DNA of 63,893 bases, counting the filler, from Candidatus Woesearchaeota archaeon (GTDB lineage: Archaea; Nanobdellota; Nanobdellia; Woesearchaeales; DATGWN01), in NCBI GenBank assembly GCA_047603125.1. It is 5 parts of 5 records of this genome, joined end to end, with 100 filler letters (N's around TTAATTAATTAA, not from the genome) between each part and the next. Parts side by side here need not be neighbours in the genome. Positions count along the whole stretch, not along the records: positions 29,357 to 43,693 come from JBLKOU010000028.1; 4 more parts are not named here. The stretch is one strand, 5' to 3'. The notes under the pieces are model-generated. The model saw only the letters and a list, made by a program, of their open reading frames with translations. It had not been told where the DNA came from and ran no database searches. This document shows, piece by piece, positions 29,821-42,671 of the stretch; within the stretch, counting starts at the first letter, position 1, and every line of letters starts with the position of its first letter. A program made the translations under genes and the position numbers.

Positions 29821-31308
29821 ATGACGCTCACTATCGATCAAATGGCTGCATTTTGTAAGCGAAAGGGGTTTGCCTATCCTTCTTCTGAAATTTATGGAGG
29901 ACTTCGCGGGTTTTTTGATTATGGGCCACTTGGTGTTGAGCTTCGCAATAACATAAAAAGAGAATGGTGGAAATTTTTCATACAACAACGTGATGATATT
30001 GTTGGCATTGACGGAAGTCTCGTTTCCAATGCTGCGATTTGGAAGGCATCAGGTCATGTTGATAATTTTGAAGACATTCTCATACAAGATACAAAAACAG
30101 GTGAGCGATTTCGCGCAGATCACTTTATCGAGGATCAATTACAAATAAGTGGGGACGGCCTTACTGTCGAACAAATCGAATCCCTCATTCAAGAGCACAA
30201 ACTAAAAAGTCCGAAAGGAAATGAGCTCTCAAAACCTATTCGATTTAATTTAATGTTTCAAACATATGTCGGTCCCGCAATTAGTGAAGAAACAAAAACA
30301 TATTTGCGTCCTGAAACTGCACAAATTATATTTGCACAATTCAAAAATATTGTTGAAACAAATCGTCTCAAATTACCTTTTGGAATCGCCCAAATCGGAA
30401 AGTCATTTCGAAATGAAATCTCACCGAGAAATTTCTTATTTCGATTACGAGAACTTGAGCAAGCAGAAGTCGAATTTTTCATTCATCCAGATGAGTTTGA
30501 ACAATGTCCGTACATTTCAACAATGGCTCAAGAATCAGTGAGTTTATACACGAAAACACATCAAGCAGACGAGACTGATGCTGCGAACACAACAATACAA
30601 GAAGCACTCGCGCAAAAACAAATTACTAACCAATGGCATGCATACTTTATTGCTCTCTGTCAAAAATGGCTTTTGACAATGGGTATTGACAAAGAAAACA
30701 TACGCTTTCGCCAACACTTAGACACAGAACGATCACATTACTCGACAGATTGTTGGGATCTCGAATACAAATATCCGTTTGGATTTAAAGAACTCTGGGG
30801 TATTGCAGACAGAGGAACATATGACCTTGACGCACATACAAAACAAAGTGGAAAAAGTCACGCAATTTTTGATGAAAAAACACAGAAAAAAATTATTCCA
30901 AAAGTCATGGAACCATCCCTTGGAATTGACCGAGTCTTTTTAACAATTTTATTTGATGCATATACATTTGATAAAACGCGAGAAAATGTAGTTCTTAAAT
31001 TGCATCCTCGATTAGCACCCGTATTTGTTGCAGTCATGCCATTAGTAAAAAAAGATGGTTTAAGTGAGCTTGCAAAAGATATTAGTACAACACTCAAAAA
31101 AGAATTCATGACTTACTACGATGAATCAGGTTCGATTGGCAGACGATATGCACGCCAGGATGAGCAAGGGACACCATTTTGTGTTGCTATTGATTATGAT
31201 ACAAAAAAAGATAATTGTGTTACTGTTCGTGATCGGGACTCGACCAAACAAGAGCGTATTGCTATAGATAAACTAGCACCGTATCTTCGAGAGAAGTATT
31301 ATGCATAG
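29821..31308 (+). CDS. glyS: Glycyl-tRNA synthetase (alpha2 type)
   Basis: YGPLG, LRPETAQ, FRNEISPR, EPSLGIDR, GSIGRRYAR.DE. Confidence 0.97.
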   Translation: MTLTIDQMAAFCKRKGFAYPSSEIYGGLRGFFDYGPLGVELRNNIKREWWKFFIQQRDDIVGIDGSLVSNAAIWKASGHVDNFEDILIQDTKTGERFRADHFIEDQLQISGDGLTVEQIESLIQEHKLKSPKGNELSKPIRFNLMFQTYVGPAISEETKTYLRPETAQIIFAQFKNIVETNRLKLPFGIAQIGKSFRNEISPRNFLFRLRELEQAEVEFFIHPDEFEQCPYISTMAQESVSLYTKTHQADETDAANTTIQEALAQKQITNQWHAYFIALCQKWLLTMGIDKENIRFRQHLDTERSHYSTDCWDLEYKYPFGFKELWGIADRGTYDLDAHTKQSGKSHAIFDEKTQKKIIPKVMEPSLGIDRVFLTILFDAYTFDKTRENVVLKLHPRLAPVFVAVMPLVKKDGLSELAKDISTTLKKEFMTYYDESGSIGRRYARQDEQGTPFCVAIDYDTKKDNCVTVRDRDSTKQERIAIDKLAPYLREKYYA

Positions 31309-31324
31309 TTTTCTTTTGTGTTTC

Positions 31325-32700
31325 TCAATCCCATGAACCATCTGGACCAATGCGAGCAACAAAAATATCGTTATCACCAGTTGCTGTAAATTCTTGTGAA
31401 CCAAATAAAACAGTGTTTTCAAAAGCACCAGTTACTAATATAGAATCATCTGATAAACTACTAACACCTAAACCAACATCATTACCAATTCCCCCAATAT
31501 TCATTGCCCAAACCCAGTCACCATCTGAATCTATTCGAGCAACAAAAACATCTGTTCCTCCCACAGATGTGAGTTCATAGGAACCAAATGTGACTGTATC
31601 TCGAAACAATCCAGTTATTATGGCAGAATTATCAGACAAAATATCTATTCCCTGCGATGTATCAAAATTTTCTGAACCTTCCGCATTTGTGACCCACATC
31701 CAATTTCCATCCGAATCTATTCGAGCAACAAAAATATCCCCACCACCCTGTGATATGATTTCATTGGAACCAAATGTTACTGTACCTTCAAAATAGCCCG
31801 TCATAACAGCCGAATTATCGGACAAAATTGTGATACCTCTCCCTTCAACATCACCAGAACCACCAGCAGTAGTTGCCCAAACCCAGTCACCATTAGAATC
31901 TATCTTAGCAACAAAAATATCAGTACCACCCGCTGATATGATTTCATTGGAACCAAATGTCGCATTACCTGAGAAACCACCTGTGACAATAGCAGAACCA
32001 TCGGGAAAAATATCAACACCTCTACCTGAAGGTACAGCTCCCGTTGTATTCGCGCTTGTTACCCACTCCCATTCCCCATTTGCATCAACTTTAGCAACAA
32101 AAATCTCATTCCAACCCGCAGAAGTTATCTCAAGAGCTCCAAATGTTGCTGTTCCTTGAAAAAAACCTGTAATTATTGCAGAACCATCCGCTAAAGTCTT
32201 AACATCCCACCCCTCATCATTTCCACTCCCGCCCGCTTGTATAGCAAATGGTTCAAATGTCGTACTACCAGAAGAACCACCATTCGAACCTGATTGTGGT
32301 GGCAATGTTGCAGAAACCTGTCGTGTCGAATCTGAACCAATGGGTGCCCAATCAATTATAACATCAGACATCGCACCCCCTGCGGGCAAGTCACTCTATA
32401 TCGAGAGCCGACATTAAGTGTAACGGGCGTTAATAAACACGATTGCCCATCTAAACTCACATTCAATAATCGAATTGTTCGAGGCTGATTATTAAGCAAG
32501 AAAAACCCAATATCTTCACCATCTTCATACATATCAACGATTCCAACATCAAGTAAACGCAATTGCGCAGCATCTACCTGCTCGCCTGCTCCACCACCAA
32601 TTGAAGGAATTCCACCTAAAGAACCGACGACAATTAAAGCGATTATAATAACGACTGCCGTAATTATAAGATACTCAGTAGCAGTTTGCGCAACATTCAT
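31325..32700 (-). CDS. Pilin-like protein with beta-propeller head, split by a frameshift at about 32376-32380
   Basis: ORFs 32356-32700 (AQTATEYL) and 31325-32389 (G..DIFVAR.DSDG.W.W repeats) align continuously with paralog 44690-45367. Confidence 0.8.
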
Positions 32701-32729
32701 ACTAAATACACAACAATGTTTATTTAAAA

Positions 32730-33143
32730 CTATTTTTGTTTCTTATCAAACCACGCAACAATAGCTCTTGCAACATAGCTAATCAGAGGAAGGGAGGATA
32801 AAATAGCCATCAATAAAGAATATCCCCTACGTTGACAAATTCTATACCACACATAAATTGAAATCGCAAGAAATATCCAGAATCCAAAAAATGGAATAAC
32901 TATCAAAAACGAACTCCAAAACCACCAACCAGACATTCGTGCAATCTTTAAAACTAAATAAAAATTTACAATAGGTATCCACGCCAAATATGCTTGAGGC
33001 GTCTTTGTTTTTTTTGCTAAGGTATAATAAATCCACGCAGTATACAAGTGTAATAACAAAAAAACACCACTTATGATTACAAACAACAAAAACAACTCAC
33101 GCAATGTAACACTTTGCAACCAATTTATGTACCAGTCAATCAT
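32730..33143 (-). CDS. Membrane protein (DUF5684-like)
   Basis: LAWIPIVN.Y...KIA...WW motif. Confidence 0.7.
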   Translation of the reverse strand: MIDWYINWLQSVTLRELFLLFVIISGVFLLLHLYTAWIYYTLAKKTKTPQAYLAWIPIVNFYLVLKIARMSGWWFWSSFLIVIPFFGFWIFLAISIYVWYRICQRRGYSLLMAILSSLPLISYVARAIVAWFDKKQK

Positions 33144-35070
33144 TTTGTATTCTCTCTTTTAGTTTATTTATTTTCTCACGAAGTTCAATTGCTTTTTCAA
33201 ACTCCAGTGCCTCAGATGCTTCGTTCATACGTTGTGTTAATGTTTCAACTAATTCTTTTGCTTGACTTTTTGGAATATGTTTGACATCTTTTACTGTCAC
33301 ATTCGATTCTTTTGGAATAGCTTTTATAATTGTTTTTGGAGTAATGTTATGCTCTTTATTATAGGCAAGCTGCTTTTCACGCCGGCGATTAATTTCGTGC
33401 ATTGTTTGTTTAATTGATTCAGTCATCGTATCCGCATAAAAAATAACTCGACCATGCTCATTTCTTGCAGCGCGACCACAGGTTTGAATAAGCGAGCGAG
33501 AGTTTCGCAAGAATCCTTCCTTATCCGCATCTAAAATAGCAACAAGCGCAACTTCAGGTAAATCTAGACCCTCACGCAATAAATTAATCCCGACAAGGAC
33601 ATCAAAATCTTTTAAGCGAAGTTGTCGTAATATTTCAGTCCTCTCCAGCGTATCAATTTCTGAATGTAAATACCGAACTTTAATCCCTTGCTTTGAAAGA
33701 TATTCACTTAAATTTTCAGCCATGCGTTTTGTCAGTGTTGTGACTAATGTCCGAAATCCTTGTTTTGTTGTTAGTTGAATTTGCTCAACTAAATCATCCA
33801 TTTGACCCTGTGATGGTCGCACATCAATTGGTGGATCAACTAAACCCGTTGGACGAATTAATTGCTCGCAAATATTTTCACTCACAGACAATTCATAGTC
33901 TGCTGGTGTTGCACTTACATACAAGACTTTGTCAAGCTTTGCATCAAACTCTTCAAAGGTGAGCGGACGATTATCATATGCACTTGGAAGTCGAAACCCA
34001 TGATCAATTAAACTTTGTTTTCGAGAACGATCTCCTTTGTACATACCATGAAGTTGCGGTATAGTTACATGGCTTTCATCAATAATAACAAGAAAATCTT
34101 CTCCCAAAAAATCGATCAATGTAAATGGGGGTTCACCTTCTTTTCGTCCATCAAAATGTCGTGAATAATTTTCTATACCATTACAATATCCTAGTTCTTT
34201 AATCATCTCCAAATCATACTTTGTTCGTTGAGAAAGACGATGCGCTTCTAATTGATCAAGCTGCGGTAAACGCCATTCAAGCTCTTGTTCAATATCATGT
34301 ATTGCTGCATCTATTTTATCTTGGGATATAACATAATGGCGCGCAGGAAATAATACATAGGCCTCATGAGAATGTAATTGTGTATTTTTCACATCATCAA
34401 GTTCGCGAATAGATTCGACTTGATCATCAAACAATTCAATTCGAATGATGTGTTTAGCATATCCTGGAATTATATCAATAATATCTCCACGAACACGAAA
34501 TCGACCTGGTAACAATTCTGCATCATTTCGTTGATATTGCATAGAAATAAATTTTTGTAATAATTGATTGCGAGAAACTTGTTCCCCCACTTTAACTAAC
34601 ACACTCTGCCCCTTAAATTCTGCAGGATCCCCCAAGCCATAAATACAAGAAACAGATGAGACAATAATCGTATCTTTTCTTGTCACAAGCGACATTGTTG
34701 CACGTAACCGAAGTTGTTCTATTTTTTGATTAATTTTTGCATCTTTTTCAATATAGGTATCCGTATTTGCAAGATAACTTTCAGGTTGATAATAATCATA
34801 ATACGAAACAAAATATTCTACTGCATTATTTGGAAAAAAATCTTTCAATTCATTATAGAGTTGTGCAGTCAATGTTTTATTATGTGTGAGCACAAGAACG
34901 GGTTTATTGAGTTTTGCAATAATATTTGCCATTGAAAATGTCTTTCCTGAACCTGTGACACCTAAGAGTGTTTGGCGCTTCTTTTTTTTATCAAAACCCT
35001 CAACAAGTCCTCGCACTGCTTGGGGCTGATCCCCAGTAAGAGAAAACGGACTCACTAACTTAAATGTCAT
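33136..35070 (-). CDS. uvrB: Excinuclease ABC subunit B
   Basis: GDQPQA, GVTGSGKT, YYDYYQPE, DESH, GRAARN, C-terminal UVR domain. Confidence 0.98.
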   Translation of the reverse strand: MTFKLVSPFSLTGDQPQAVRGLVEGFDKKKKRQTLLGVTGSGKTFSMANIIAKLNKPVLVLTHNKTLTAQLYNELKDFFPNNAVEYFVSYYDYYQPESYLANTDTYIEKDAKINQKIEQLRLRATMSLVTRKDTIIVSSVSCIYGLGDPAEFKGQSVLVKVGEQVSRNQLLQKFISMQYQRNDAELLPGRFRVRGDIIDIIPGYAKHIIRIELFDDQVESIRELDDVKNTQLHSHEAYVLFPARHYVISQDKIDAAIHDIEQELEWRLPQLDQLEAHRLSQRTKYDLEMIKELGYCNGIENYSRHFDGRKEGEPPFTLIDFLGEDFLVIIDESHVTIPQLHGMYKGDRSRKQSLIDHGFRLPSAYDNRPLTFEEFDAKLDKVLYVSATPADYELSVSENICEQLIRPTGLVDPPIDVRPSQGQMDDLVEQIQLTTKQGFRTLVTTLTKRMAENLSEYLSKQGIKVRYLHSEIDTLERTEILRQLRLKDFDVLVGINLLREGLDLPEVALVAILDADKEGFLRNSRSLIQTCGRAARNEHGRVIFYADTMTESIKQTMHEINRRREKQLAYNKEHNITPKTIIKAIPKESNVTVKDVKHIPKSQAKELVETLTQRMNEASEALEFEKAIELREKINKLKERIQND

Positions 35071-35113
35071 AACAACAAGAAAACAGATACTATCTAAAAA
35101 GATTGTGGAATTT

Positions 35114-35257
35114 TAGTCGACAACAATAAAAATTATAATGCCTTGGCGCAGAATCAGAATTTCGCAAAGCTCTGCGCCTGAGAAATTCGCAAGATGAACC
35201 ACTGTTCGAAGATCGCCGCATTATAATAATTTACTTATGTTTAAAACTATTTACCCG
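35114..35257 (+). repeat. Structured repeat, form B, copy 2
   Basis: TAGTCGACAAC...ATTATAATGC-CTT-GGCG...CGCC-GCATTATAAT. Confidence 0.85.
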
Positions 35258-35272
35258 TACAGAAATTCAGAC

Positions 35273-35842
35273 TCAAGGGAAAACATAAATAGTGTTTCTG
35301 GTATAAACAGACGGCGTAACAAAGTCAATCGTTTGAATTATACCAGTTGCGGGCAAAAATGTCAACGATACAGACTCGCTTTCTCCAACAGGCACAGGTG
35401 GTGCAAAACAAATACGCACAACTTCACCTTGTTGTAAATATTGTGCAACATGATTTTGCGCCTCAAATAAATATTCAACTACAAAGCCCGATGAAATTTG
35501 CACATCACAATCACCAACATGTGAGAATTGCCAAGAATTTACTTGATCACCAACAGAGGTATCTATAGAAAGATCACCTAAATTTACAACTGAACTTGCT
35601 GGTGTGAGCTTTAATTCAACAATAAACTGCTCAATCGTTCGGTCTTGAGCAAAATCAGTGCCATAAACTGAAAGAATCTGAAAACCCGAACTTGCTTGAC
35701 TTGTCGCTTGAGAGCCAGTACTAAGCGCAGACGTTTGTAAAGTGTTTGCAGTCTGTATGAGAACACCTGCTCCAATTGCCGCGATTAAAAGCCCTGCTAT
35801 TGCTAATACTAATGTACCTAACCCTACTTGTGCAGTTTTCAA
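35273..35842 (-). CDS. Archaellin-family protein
   Basis: A|QVGLGTLVL.IA..L.AAI.AGVLIQTA..LQ, the typical archaellin N-terminus. Confidence 0.85.
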   Translation of the reverse strand: MKTAQVGLGTLVLAIAGLLIAAIGAGVLIQTANTLQTSALSTGSQATSQASSGFQILSVYGTDFAQDRTIEQFIVELKLTPASSVVNLGDLSIDTSVGDQVNSWQFSHVGDCDVQISSGFVVEYLFEAQNHVAQYLQQGEVVRICFAPPVPVGESESVSLTFLPATGIIQTIDFVTPSVYTRNTIYVFP

Positions 35843-35946
35843 TTAAATTCCCCCGTACGAATTCTGGAATGCTATCCTTATAAAGTTTACTTTTTCAAAC
35901 GCCGGAAAACAAAATATTTTTAACCACAAGCAAAATAGCTTTTACT

Positions 35947-37626
35947 ATGATACTCTATAAAAAAGTTGCAGACATTCTCGAACCAATCTTGCAAACATCC
36001 ATTGCACATGCACTAGAACAACCAAAAAACCTCGCACATGGCGATATTGCACTTCCAGTGTTTGTATTTGCAAAAGGATCTAACCCTGCTCAATTTGCAG
36101 CAGAATGGGTAAAAAAAGTACAAGAATTTTTACAAAACACACCACACTCACTTATTCAGTCAATCACTAATATTGGGCCATTCATTAATATCTCTATTAA
36201 CTGGACTGCAATTGCAACAGACATTTTAGAGCAAACCTACACGCAAACTACAAAAGCACAAACAGTTGTGATTGACTATTCTTCTCCAAACATCGCAAAG
36301 CCATTTGGTATCGGGCATCTACGAAGTACGGTTATCGGAAACGCCATCAAAAATATATTGCAATTTTGCGGCCATAAAGTCATCGGCATTAACTACCTAG
36401 GAGACTGGGGAACACAATTTGGAAAAGTCATTTGCGCATATCAATTATGGGGAAACCAAGAAAAACTCAAAAAAGATCCTATACCGTACTTACTTTCACT
36501 CTATGTTCGATTTCATGAACAAGCAAAACAAGAACCTGAACTTGAAGATAAAGCAAGAGAAATATTCTCACAACTAGAGAAGGGAAATGAACAATATCTC
36601 GCATACTGGAAAGAATTTCGCGAATTAAGCATTGGCGAGTTCGAGCGCATGTATGCAAAGATGAATGTCACATTCGATTACTTTCGAGGGGAAGCCTATT
36701 ATAACACACAACTCGAATCAACATTTGAAAAACTCAAAAATTTAACTCAAATTAGCGAAGGCGCGACAATTATCCCACTTGAAGAATTCAATATTGAAAC
36801 ACCCGCAATGATCAAAAAAAGTGATGGAGCATCAACATACCTTCTTCGCGATATTGCGGCTGCAATTGATAGAATTGAAAATTTTCATGCAGACTCTGTT
36901 CTCTATGAAGTTGGTAGTGAACAAAAGCTTCACTTTGCACAACTCAAAGGCGTAATGGCAAAATATAATGCAGACTATGAGGAGAAAATTACCCATATCG
37001 ATCATGGCAGATATCGATTTACTGATAAAAAAATGTCAACACGCTCAGGAAATATCATTCTCATCGAAGATGTCTTACAAGAATCTGTTCATCGAATTGA
37101 AAAAATAATTGAACAAAAAAACCCTGCGCTACAAAATGATGCGCAATATCAACAAATCATCCAAGACATTGGTATTGGCGCAATCATCTTTGCAGATCTT
37201 AAAAACGACCGAACAAAAGAAGTTGTTTTTGATTGGGAAGACATACTTGATATTCAAGGAGAGAGCGGACCATACATTCAATACGTTATCACTCGCATAC
37301 ATTCGTTACAAAAAAAAGTCACACAAACGCTTCCCGAACCTGATACGACACTTTTAACAACCGAACAAGACAGATTGCTACTGCTCAAACTCTCACAATT
37401 TTATGAGACTATTGAGCAATGTGCAAACACGCACAAACCACATACACTGGCAAGATATTTACTCACACTTGCGCAATTATTTAATGAATACTATGCAAAG
37501 CATAAAATAGTGGACGAGAAAAACCTCACACTTACTTCCACGCGATTGTACTTATTCTCACATGTGCAAAAAATACTCACAAAAGGTTTACAACTTCTTG
37601 GTGTGAATGCTGTGGAAAAGATGTAA
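35947..37626 (+). CDS. argS: Arginyl-tRNA synthetase
   Basis: DYSSPNIAK, GHLRST, GDWGTQFG, KMSTRSG, GPYIQY. Confidence 0.97.
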   Translation: MILYKKVADILEPILQTSIAHALEQPKNLAHGDIALPVFVFAKGSNPAQFAAEWVKKVQEFLQNTPHSLIQSITNIGPFINISINWTAIATDILEQTYTQTTKAQTVVIDYSSPNIAKPFGIGHLRSTVIGNAIKNILQFCGHKVIGINYLGDWGTQFGKVICAYQLWGNQEKLKKDPIPYLLSLYVRFHEQAKQEPELEDKAREIFSQLEKGNEQYLAYWKEFRELSIGEFERMYAKMNVTFDYFRGEAYYNTQLESTFEKLKNLTQISEGATIIPLEEFNIETPAMIKKSDGASTYLLRDIAAAIDRIENFHADSVLYEVGSEQKLHFAQLKGVMAKYNADYEEKITHIDHGRYRFTDKKMSTRSGNIILIEDVLQESVHRIEKIIEQKNPALQNDAQYQQIIQDIGIGAIIFADLKNDRTKEVVFDWEDILDIQGESGPYIQYVITRIHSLQKKVTQTLPEPDTTLLTTEQDRLLLLKLSQFYETIEQCANTHKPHTLARYLLTLAQLFNEYYAKHKIVDEKNLTLTSTRLYLFSHVQKILTKGLQLLGVNAVEKM

Positions 37627-37698
37627 GCCGGAGTGAAATTACCAAATATATTCATATCCTAGCTAAAAGTCCTAATATCGAGTGTCCAAAACAAATAT

Positions 37699-37711
37699 CT
37701 TTATAAATAGG
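37699..37711 (+). promoter_or_regulatory. Likely rRNA operon TATA box
   Basis: CTTTATAAATAGG, identical to the motif upstream of tRNA-Ile (45461-45473). Confidence 0.7.
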
Positions 37712-37889
37712 TGTCTTTTCCTTTCTTAAATCATCTCCAACTCAGTAATGAGTTACTAGATAATATGTGTAACAAACACAGTTTGTTATGAATAACAATT
37801 AATGGTAATGTACTATAATATGTTAATATTGTGACATGCCAATTTCTTTAACTTCAAGCGACTATACTAAGGATATAAAACATATGCGA

Positions 37890-39364
<1,475 letters not shown>

Positions 39365-39424
39365 TTTTTTTCAAAAAATACTAATCAACACTCGATTTGA
39401 TTATGCATTACCATTAATTGTTAT

Positions 39425-39498
39425 GGGCTTGTAGCTCAGTCCGGTAGAGCACCTGCCTTGCAAGCAGGGGGTCCCGAGTTCGAATCTCGGCGAGTCCA
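39425..39498 (+). tRNA. tRNA-Ala(TGC)
   Basis: Cloverleaf with anticodon TGC in the 16S-23S spacer. Confidence 0.96.
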
Positions 39499-41308
39499 CT
39501 TATGGGTACGCGAAAGCGTTGCAATTCATAATGGTATCATTATGGATGAAGGGTTTAAAACTAGAGAAGACACATTGTTTGAAATGTTGTCGTTCACACT
39601 CACGTTTAATGGAACCATGCATACATAGATTATGATTATACAATAAAATTTTTTTACACTGTTAGGTGGATGACTTGGCTTGGTAGCCGATGAAGGACGC
39701 GACTAACTGCGAAATGTTTTGGCGAGACGTATGTTGTCTTCGAACCAAAAATATCCGAATGAGACTTCTCTATAAATCCGATAAGGATGGGGAACTCGGG
39801 GAATTGAAACGTCTTAGTACCCGAAGGAAAAGAAATCAATTGAGATTCTGTGAGTAACAGCGAGTGAAACCAGATCAGGGCAAACTGAATCCTTTTATGA
39901 AAGTAAAAGGAGATGTGGTGTATTGGCCATCATAGTATCTTCACTGTCGAAACTGAAGTCTACTGGAATGTAGTGCGACACAGGGTGAAAGCCCCGTAAG
40001 TGAAAGTCAGCAGATACAGATGAGTCCAAGAGTAGCGTATATTGGAATTTATGCGTGAATTTGGGAGAGATTAACTTCCAACCCTAAATACTTACCAAGT
40101 CCGATAGCGTACAGTACCGCGAGGGAATGTTGAAAAGAACCTTTGACAGGGAGTTAAAAGACTCTGAAACCTAACAGTCATAGATCGGTAGGGCGTAAGT
40201 TCTACCGTACGTTTTGAATAACGTGCCAGGAAGTGTATTTTTGTGGCAAGAGTAACATGTTTTGCATGGTACTCGCAGGGAAACCAAGTTTTCGCAGCTT
40301 GCCAGGAAAAAGGTGTTATAAGCGCCTTCAGTCACAAGAATACGACCCGAAGCCGCTCGATCTAATCTTGGGTAGGATGAATCGATGGTAATACATCGTG
40401 GAGGTCCGAAGAGGTGCTACGTGCAAGTGCTCTTGTAACTTGAGATTAGGGGTGAAAAGCCAATCGAGAGCGGTGATAGCTGGTTCCAGTCGAAGTTGGC
40501 CGTAGTCAAGCCTTGATGGAGATGATACGAGTTGTAAAGCGACGGATTTGGAATTTTGGGGGAGAAATCCCTCGGTTTCTTGTCCAACTCAAAATGCTCG
40601 TATATCGTAGAAGTCAGGAGACGCGGGCTGGGGGTAAACCCCAGTCCGGAGAGGGGAATAACCCAGACTATAGTTAAGGTCCCTAAATATTATCTAAGTG
40701 TTAAAGCGTGAAAGGTGTCCATTGTCTAAGACAGTGAGGAGGTTGGCTTAGAAGCAGCAATCCTATAATAAGTGCGTAACAGCTTACTTATCGAGACTTT
40801 GGGCCCTGAAGATGGACGGGGCTAAGATAATTACCGATACTATAGGCATGCGTGTGTAGCGTATGTGGTAGACTGGTGTCGTGCTTGGGCAAAAGCGTCT
40901 GTGCAAGCAGGCGTGAACCGTGTACGAATAAGAATCCTGGTGGTAGTAGGATCATAGCGGTGTGAGAATCACCGTCGCCGGATGGGCAAGGGTTCCTTCA
41001 CAATGTAAATCAGTGAAGGGTTAGTCGGTCCTAATCGTAGTCGTAACACGACGAAACGAGAAAGGGAAACTGGTTAATATTCCAGTACTTTTTAAATACA
41101 AGTGGCAACACAAGATATATTTCTGACACTGAGGGTTAGATTGACACAAACCGTCGTTTGTGCTAATACATGTAAGTCTGTGGAGTATTGTTATAATGAG
41201 AAGCAGAGTAAAATGTACAATGGTATTTCGTATGAAGTATTCAGTTGATACCTTGAGTCCATGAAAAAGGAATATATAAGGATTTTAAAAAGCCGTACCC
41301 AGAACCAG

Positions 41309-41341
<33 letters not shown>

Positions 41342-41603
41342 AAAGGTATAATCTTCGTAAGGGAATTCGTCAAATTAGCCCTGTACCTTCGGTATAAAGG
41401 GTCCCTGTTTTTGTGTTTGTAGAAATGTGAAAGCAGGGTGCAATAACAAAGTGAGTCCGACTGTTTAACAAAAACATAACTTCCTGCTAGGTGGTAACGC
41501 TGTGTACAGGAGGTGACGTCTGCCCAGTGCCTGTACTTTAAACTTGGGTTCAACCGAGCAAAGAGCAGGTAAACGGCGGGAGTAACTATAACTCTCTTAA
41601 GGT

Positions 41604-42282
41604 GAAAAGTTGCCTTAGTAAAATCTGGCTATATGCTGGAATATCTGAGAATCCCACACTACTCACAAGACATGTTTAAGAGTACTTTATTTAAACAAGC
41701 TTGAAGTAACAATGTGATGGGTGCAGACAATCAGCAGGAAAGACTAGAACATTTTTGGATAGTAGGCTTTGTTGACGGAGAAGGATGTTTTCATGTGTCT
41801 ATTAATAAAAATAGCAAATCAAAATTAGGTTGGCAAGTCCTTCCTGAATTTCGTATCGTGCAACATAAACGCGATAAAAAACTGCTTAAAAAAATTCAAC
41901 ATTTTTTTCAGTTAGGAATAATTTGCAAAAACCATGGAGACAGACTCGAATTTCGTGTAAGAAAACTGCAAGATTCATAAATATCCTCTGCAAAGTTTCA
42001 AGCAAAAAAATTTCTTATTATTTTGTGATGTAATGTCACTAATGAAAAAGAAAAAACATTTGAGTTTGAAAGGCTTACAAGAAATTGCACAAATCCGACA
42101 ACAAATGAATAATAAACAAAAACCAAAATTTCTAGAATCCTCAGAGACTACACGCCAGAGCTTGTAGCGAGCAAGCAAGATATAGTCCGATCCTTATAGC
42201 GATATAAGGAGGCAATAAGAAATTATTGTCCGCCAGCAAATCTTGTTGGTAAGTAGCGATAAGTCGTGAAGTAACATAAATG
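41604..42282 (+). mobile_element. Group I intron in 23S rRNA (AAGGU^AGCG site, about E. coli 1931)
   Basis: P1 UAAGGU/GCCUUA with U-G; P UGCUGGAA, Q AAUCAGCAGG, R UCAGAGACUA, S AAGAUAUAGUCC; terminal G. Confidence 0.93.
41717..42167 (+). pseudogene. LAGLIDADG homing endonuclease, frameshifted
   Basis: WIVGFVDGEGCF; stop at 41980; continues in another frame as KYPLQS...HLSLKGLQEI..IRQQMN. Confidence 0.88.
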
Positions 42283-42636
42283 AGCGAAATGCCTTGTCGT
42301 TTAATTGACGACCTGCATGAATGGCGTAACGAGATTCACAGTGTCCCTACGAAGAAACCTCCGAACTCTCCTTTCTGGTGCAAAGGCCAGAGAAATCTAA
42401 TGGGAAGCGAAGACCCCGTGAAACTTTACTGTAATTTGTAGCTGTAGAGTACTTTTTGTTGTTTAGCGTAGATAGTAGTTGCTTACGTCCTGGTCGCTAG
42501 GTTAGGAATAGACACCAATGAAACACTATCCTACGAGAACTACTCTACTCACGTAGAAAATACGAACACCTGCAAATGGACAGTTTGGCTGGGGTGGCAC
42601 CCCGTCGAAAATGTATCGACGGGGCCCAATGGTTGA

Positions 42637-42671
<35 letters not shown>

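Noticed and set aside
31325..32110. Internal DNA repeats of about 180 bp (GCAACAAAAATATC...)
   Set aside because: Explained by tandem beta-propeller blades in the protein; not a DGR template/variable pair.
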